Source: Fonticula alba ATCC 38817 (lineage: Eukaryota > Protista > Nucleariida). From it: a stretch of 6,591 nt of DNA. Below are positions 1 through 6,591 of the stretch, piece after piece. The number at the start of each line of letters is the position of its first letter. The first letter of the stretch is position 1. Made by a program: the position numbers and the translations under genes. The notes under the pieces are model-generated. The model was not told the DNA's origin and searched no databases. It saw only the letters and a program-made list of their open reading frames with translations. Where the stretch lies: assembly GCA_000388065.2 (NCBI GenBank), contig KB932215.1; one strand, written 5' to 3'.

Positions 1-1546
1 GCTGTGCGCCGGGGACCTGACCCCCTCCAAGGATCCGGAGACCGACGCGCAGAGCCTCGTCCGGCTGAGTTGCTTCGGTGCGCCCCCCCCCCCCCCCCCC
101 TGCCTATCCCTTCTCCCCTGCGGCATGGGATGGGACGCCGGGCTCGCTCCCGGGCGGCCCGCTCAACTTGCGCCACACGGCGTGGCCGGCCTGGCGCCTG
201 TCTGACTCCCCCCCCCCCCCCCCCTCGCCTGCCCTTTCGATGGCAGACCTTTTCCACCGGGACTGCCTTGTCGGGTATCTGGCTCAGAAGTCCGGTGTGG
301 CGGCCGGACACCCGCACGCGCGCCCGGAGCAGCTGGCCCAGCACATGCAACTGAAGGACATCGAGAATGTCCCGTGCCCCTCTTGCGTTGTACGTCCGAC
401 AAGGGGGGAGGCAGCAAGTGACGGGACACAAAGGCGCGGTCTTTCCCTCTCTCTCTCTCTCTGTTTGTGCTTTGTGGCGCCGCCCTCGCCCACCAAAAGA
501 TTGGTCCTGCCTCTATGTCGGCCCTTCGCGCCGGGTGCTGACGTCAAACGCGCGCCTGCCCCCGCGCGCCCCTCTCGCCGGTGGCGTCGATCCAGAAACC
601 CGTCCTCCCGGCGCCCGGCAACCTGGGCCCCCTGGCCAGCCGGCTGCGGGCCTTCTTCGAGGAAACCTTCCGGCCGATGGCGGGGAGCCAGTTTTCTTCG
701 CAATCCACCGTGGACCTCTCTGCCCCGGGGGGGGGCCCGGCGTCGGGCGGTGGCAACACCATCGGCCCTGGCCCCATCACCCCCGGGGGAGGGACGTACC
801 AATCGCACCTGCCGGGCGGCATGCCCGGGGTGTCGCACCCTGGTGGCCCGGCGCCCGGCCCCGAGGCTGCCGGGCTGTATATCCCCCCGGCGGTGGCCAC
901 AGCCCCGGCTCCGGGGGATGTCTACATGTATGTGCCTCCCCCCCCCCCCCCCTGGGGCCCGGGCAGGGTGCTTTCGCTTCCTCCCCACGCTCGCTCTTTT
1001 TCTTCGGGGAGGGGAGCCGCCAGTCGGGTACTGACCAGCCTGTCGCAGTCCGATGCGTTCGCGGTCCATTGCCGATGATGATGACAAGGACAAGTATCGG
1101 TCCAAAAGCAGTCTCAAGGGACGCTCGCCGATGCTCCGGTACGTGTTGCCAGCTGGCATACGGGGAGGGGGGGGGGCGGCAGGCCTTTTTCTCGGATGGC
1201 ATGGCTCCTCCCGGGCCGGGGACGAAAGAGCCGCCACACAAAAGCCACCTCCGCGCACGCGCACTCACGCACGCACACTTTCCCGCCAAATGTGCCCCGT
1301 GTGCCCATTCACACCATGCTGGTCCTCGCGTCGGCGCCGGGCCTGGCCGCGCGCAGTGCCGGTGCCTTTTCTCCCAGCCGGCGCGCCCGGCGGCTGATGC
1401 TGTCCTTCGTCCTGATGGCCACCATCATGCTTCTGCTTTACTATGTGATCCAGTCGTCGGATCGCGGCACCGGGCCGGGCGTCCCGCCGGGCGGGGCGCC
1501 TGTCCCTGCTGCCGGGGCCGCCGCCGCCGCCGGGGCACCCTATTAG
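1..1546 (+). CDS. ZFPL1: ZFPL1-like zinc finger (RING-type) Golgi membrane protein, 5'-partial; join(<1..77,247..389,596..927,1049..1138,1357..1546), reading frame starts at base 2; alternative last-exon start 1378
   Basis: Manual splicing gives one continuous frame (bases 2-77 plus four exons = 831 nt = 276 aa + TAG at 1544-1546): LCAGDLTPSKDPETDAQSLVRLSCF|DLFHRDCL...VPCPSCV|KPVLPAPGNLGPLASRLRAFF...(Gly/Pro-rich linker)...DVYI|PMRSRSIADDDDKDKYRSKSSLKGRSPMLR|AGAFSPSRRARRLMLSFVLMATIMLLLYYVIQSS...PY*. This follows the ZFPL1 motif order as I recall it from the human protein: RLxCxDLFHxxCL, CPSCxxPxxP..GPxASxLR, DDDKY, a basic patch, then a C-terminal TM helix (1394-1450). All four introns are GT-AG and the phases are consistent. 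The N-terminal zinc finger lies upstream of the window. Confidence 0.85.
78..246 (+). other. Spliceosomal intron (ZFPL1-like gene), 169 nt, phase 1
   Basis: Donor G|GTGCGC at 78, branch-like CTGAC 202-206, C17 tract 208-224, acceptor GGCAG at 246. Splicing gives G+AC = Asp of the DLFH motif. Confidence 0.88.
390..595 (+). other. Spliceosomal intron (ZFPL1-like gene), 206 nt, phase 0
   Basis: Donor GTACGT at 390, (CT)8 at 447-462, branch-like GCTGAC 537-542, acceptor TCCAG at 595. Joins CPSCV to KPVLP. Confidence 0.85.
928..1048 (+). other. Spliceosomal intron (ZFPL1-like gene), 121 nt, phase 2
   Basis: Donor GTATGT at 928, C15 at 938-952, branch TACTGAC 1029-1035, acceptor CGCAG at 1048. 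The nearer AG at 1038 is out of frame with the DDDDKDKY exon. Confidence 0.82.
1139..1356 (+). other. Spliceosomal intron (ZFPL1-like gene), 218 nt (or 239 nt if the acceptor is 1377), phase 2
   Basis: Donor GTACGT at 1139, branch-like CTCAC 1264-1268. First downstream AG is at 1355-1356; a second in-frame AG with a better pyrimidine tract is at 1376-1377. Either restores the frame of the TM-encoding exon. Confidence 0.72.
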
Positions 1547-2193
1547 CTGCGCCTGCCAGAGGCAGGGGGGGGGGGCCGGGCGACGGGGTTGCGACCAGCG
1601 CCGGCCGCCGAACGCACATGCAAAGGAAAGAAGAAAGCGCCAATGTGTGCGTGTGCGTGCGTATGTGCACGCGCGCTGCCGCGCCCCCTCCCCAGCAAAG
1701 AGAGAAGGCCTCTCTCGGCTGCGGGGGGGGGCGGGGCAGAAAAAAAATACACTGGTGCCTCCCCTCGCCCCGATCGGCATGGGCGTCGCGTGACCGCGCG
1801 GCACGTGGGTGGGGATTTTACCCAGACATGGGGGAGCCCCTTTTGGGCCTGCCCTCGGGGGGGGCGGGGGAAGGGCGGCGCTGGTGCGGCGGCACGTCTG
1901 CCGGTGTGCGGGCGGCCGGGATGCCCTCCGTCGCCGGCACGGCGGCCTGGGGGCCGTCGACGCAGGCGCGTGTGGGGCCCGGGGCAGGGCGTCCCGCGCA
2001 CCACGGGCGCATCGTCGCCCCTGGGTGCGCCCGGCCACGGCAGGGCATTAGTCATCCGCGCGATGGGAGGGGCCGGATGGCCGAACAGGCATCGAGCGGA
2101 GGCGTCGCCCGGGCCTGGGGGGCGGGGGGGGGGGGGGGTCGCCGGCTGGATCTCCCCGAGAGGTACTACGTGGGACATGTATATGGGTGCATT

Positions 2194-2199
2194 ATTAAA
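2194..2199 (+). promoter_or_regulatory. Possible polyadenylation signal (ATTAAA) for the ZFPL1-like transcript
   Basis: ATTAAA inside a conspicuously AT-rich patch (ATTATTAAAT, 2191-2200) about 650 nt after the stop codon, in otherwise very GC-rich DNA. Motif match only. Confidence 0.2.
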
Positions 2200-3760
2200 T
2201 GGGGGCTTTCGCCTCCCCGGTCGCCGCGCGTGGGGGGGGGGGGGGCTATTTCTCCCTCGCCCGCTGGCTGTTGTGTCCGCCCGCCGTTTCCCCCAGGGGG
2301 GGTGCGTGGAAGGGGCCCAGGGCGAGGGCTTAGGTATGGGCCGACTCGATGGAGCTGCGCTTTCTGGGGGTTTGCCCTGGGCCCCCGCCGGGGGGGGGGG
2401 GGGCGGGGGCAGGGTAGGCGCCGCGCCGCGCTGCCTCGGGCTGGGGTGGCATACGGCCGAGCGGCCTGGGGCGTCCGGGCGGGTCTCTGTTTCATCGGCC
2501 TCCGCTGGGGCCTTCGCTGCGGGGGCGTGTGTCCGGGAGGGGGGCGGGGGGAGGTGGACACCGCGCAGCCGCTGTCCTCCTGGGCGCATGCCCGGAGGGC
2601 GGACCCATCACGGCGGGGCGATGCGGCCCGCGCCCCGGGGGCGCACTGGCCCACGTCCGCCGCCCTTTTCCCCGGGTGGAATGCGGCGGCGGGCCGGCTG
2701 TCTGTGGGCCGAGGCCCGGAGCCCCGCCACCGGTCTGGCCATCTGACAACTGTCCCGCCTGCCCGCGGCCGAGCGGGCGCGCGTGAACGCTCCGGCGCGC
2801 GCCCCCCCCCCTGTCCGTTGGTGTGCACCGGCGGACGGCGTCCCCCCGATCCCGCGCTCTCGCCGGCCTTCGCAAGAGGGGCCGGACCCACGACTGGCGG
2901 AAAAAACGGGCGCCGCCTCGGCGGAGACCTTTCCCCCCTTCCTGACATGAGCATGCCCCCCCCCCCCCCCCTGCCCCCCGCGGCCCCGGCCCCCCGACGG
3001 CGGCCTCGCATGCCCTGTACACCGGCCGATCCGACCGCACTGAGCTATTCCTGGGAGCCCGAGCGGCGCTGGGGTTGGGCGCTGCTTTGGGCGTTATTCG
3101 AGGGGGGTGCCGGGGGGGGGGGGGGGCGCCGGGGGAGGGTCCGGCATCCCGCGGCTGTGGCTGCGAGTCTGCGGCTGCGGGAGCATTTTTCCTGAGGTCC
3201 CTGCGTCCCCCCCCCCCCCCTCGGGGCCGCCGCGCGCCGCGTTCAGGGAACATGGCCAGCCCTGGGCTGTTTTTTATTTCCCCCCCCCTGCCTGCCGGCA
3301 TGCATAGTGCCGTTCCGCGGAGCCGTGTTTTCCTGGCCGCCCAATGGGCACGGAGACTTCGCCGCCAGGCCTGCGCCCCTCCCCCGGCCAGCAGCTGGCC
3401 CCACTGGGGGGCGGGCGGGGCACACCAGCTGATGGGGATCTCCGCGCCTCCGGGCTTTTGCGCCCAGGTGCGGGATGGCGGGGAAGAGGGGCCGAGGAAA
3501 AAGGGCGCGGCGATGCGTACGTGTACCGCCGGGCTTCTGGGTGATGTAATACGCCTTCCGGCGAGCTGGCGGCTCCCCGTGCACTTCGGCCCCCGGGGGG
3601 CGGCCAAGGGCGGCTGGCCCGGGCGCGCCGGGGGCGCATTGTCGGGCCACTTGCGACGGTACACAACACCTTCCGACGGTCACCCGACCTATGGGCGCCG
3701 ACCTCTGCGGCAGGGGGATGTGTGAGCGGGGCAGGGTCGCTCCTGGGGGCATGCCCGCAG

Positions 3761-3968
3761 GTGTGTGCGTGCGTGCGTGCGTGCATGCGCGTGCATGCGC
3801 GCCGGGTGTGTGTGTGTGTGTTTGTTTTTCCCCGCGCCCCCTCCCCCGGGGCCCGGCTGCCTGTGGCTCTTTGCTGACGCCGGATGCGCGGGCTGGCGGG
3901 CGGCCCGTGGCCCCGGGTGCCGCGGCTTCTTTGCCCCCCCCCCCCCCCCGCCCCCCCCCCTCTCGCAG
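3761..3968 (+). other. Putative spliceosomal intron in non-coding sequence (5' UTR or lncRNA), 208 nt
   Basis: CAG|GTGTGT donor, GT/GC-repeat 5' part, GCTGAC at 3873-3878, C16-G-C10 tract 3934-3960, acceptor TCTCGCAG at 3968, and no internal AG. Same architecture and size as the coding introns. Confidence 0.5.
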
Positions 3969-4323
3969 CGTCTCTCACCCCACCCGGGCTAGTCACTTGT
4001 TGATGGGGGGGCCGGGCATGCCTGCCTGTTCGGCTCCCGGGGGAGGGGCCGGTGACGCGGTTGCCCGTCCTGCCTGGGAGCGCGGCCCGCTGGCATGGGG
4101 GTTGCGGGCAGGACACAGCACCGGACCGAGGGCCGGGCGACTGGCGGCAGGCGTGTGCGCCGCCCCACTCGGGCAGCCGCCGCGGTGTGTGTGTGTGTGT
4201 GGGTGTGTGGGTGTGCTCATGGGGGGCCCGCCGGCGGCGGCGCACGAGCGCCCCGAGCCCGACCCACGCGTGTAAACACGCCCGCGCAGACGCACCCCCG
4301 GGCACTCGCACTGGCGCGTTCCG

Positions 4324-4377
<54 letters not shown>
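4324..4377 (+). repeat. Poly-C tract (at least 54 nt) running into the assembly gap
   Basis: Uninterrupted C from 4324 to 4377; C10 resumes at 4689-4698 on the other side of the gap. Confidence 0.9.
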
Positions 4378-4688
4378 NNNNNNNNNNNNNNNNNNNNNNN
4401 NNNNNNNNNNNNNNNNNNNNNNNNNNNNNNNNNNNNNNNNNNNNNNNNNNNNNNNNNNNNNNNNNNNNNNNNNNNNNNNNNNNNNNNNNNNNNNNNNNNN
4501 NNNNNNNNNNNNNNNNNNNNNNNNNNNNNNNNNNNNNNNNNNNNNNNNNNNNNNNNNNNNNNNNNNNNNNNNNNNNNNNNNNNNNNNNNNNNNNNNNNNN
4601 NNNNNNNNNNNNNNNNNNNNNNNNNNNNNNNNNNNNNNNNNNNNNNNNNNNNNNNNNNNNNNNNNNNNNNNNNNNNNNNNNNNNNNNN
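4378..4688. other. Assembly gap (311 N)
   Basis: Run of N flanked on both sides by poly-C. Confidence 1.
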
Positions 4689-4805
4689 CCCCCCCCCCTC
4701 CTCCTTCGCCACCATCGACCAGGGATTTTGTCGCCCTCCTCGGTCCGACGCTGACCCTGCCTGCGACCATCAACCCGCCCTCCGGCCTGGCCGCCTGCCA
4801 CACAG

Positions 4806-6517
<1,712 letters not shown>

Positions 6518-6591
6518 GCGGCGGGTAGCTTGTGCTGTGCGCGTGTTTGCTTCGCGCCGCCCCCCCCCCCCCGCCCTCTCGGCAGTGTGTG

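Noticed and set aside
1074-1088. DDDDK, resembling an enterokinase site or FLAG-tag core
   Set aside because: Lacks the DYK of FLAG, has no vector context, and corresponds to the native acidic DDDKY motif of ZFPL1.
367-3195. 942-aa + strand ORF, and other long Gly/Arg/Pro/Ala-rich ORFs in 284-4803
   Set aside because: They run through established introns and homopolymers, show no recognisable motifs and lack the C-ending codon bias of the real exons. Long stop-free frames are expected at this GC content.
1740-3275. Short A/T runs (A8 1740, A6 2901, T5 3186, T6 3270) as possible Pol III terminators of RNA genes
   Set aside because: No tRNA cloverleaf, A/B boxes, or recognisable snRNA, 5S or SRP sequence next to them on either strand.
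3540-3725. GTGATGT as a possible C box of a C/D snoRNA
   Set aside because: Imperfect C box, with no suitably placed CTGA D box or terminal stem found.

Overview
GC-rich eukaryotic genomic DNA with spliceosomal GT-AG introns, many poly-C/poly-G tracts and (TG)n microsatellites, and a 311-nt N gap (4378-4688). Two + strand intron-containing genes are well supported. (1) The 3' part of a ZFPL1-like gene (Golgi zinc-finger/RING membrane protein), with exons <1-77, 247-389, 596-927, 1049-1138 and 1357(or 1378)-1546. No single ORF in the track shows it. (2) A mitochondrial-type succinyl-CoA ligase beta subunit of the ADP-forming SUCLA2/LSC2 type, with exons 4806-5622 and 6090-6517; its start/transit-peptide exon is unresolved, upstream of or inside the gap. 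The roughly 3.2 kb between them (1547-4805) has no recognisable protein, but it holds one well-formed intron that no long reading frame crosses (3761-3968) and a block where homopolymer polarity flips from C to G (about 1560-2560). The long ORFs in the track are mostly artefacts of high GC and low complexity. The source looks like a GC-rich microbial eukaryote, possibly an opisthokont; Fonticula alba is a low-confidence guess. I found no convincing new biological system. The best leads are the ZFPL1 orthologue, the unusual intron architecture and the unexplained splice signals in the intergenic region.
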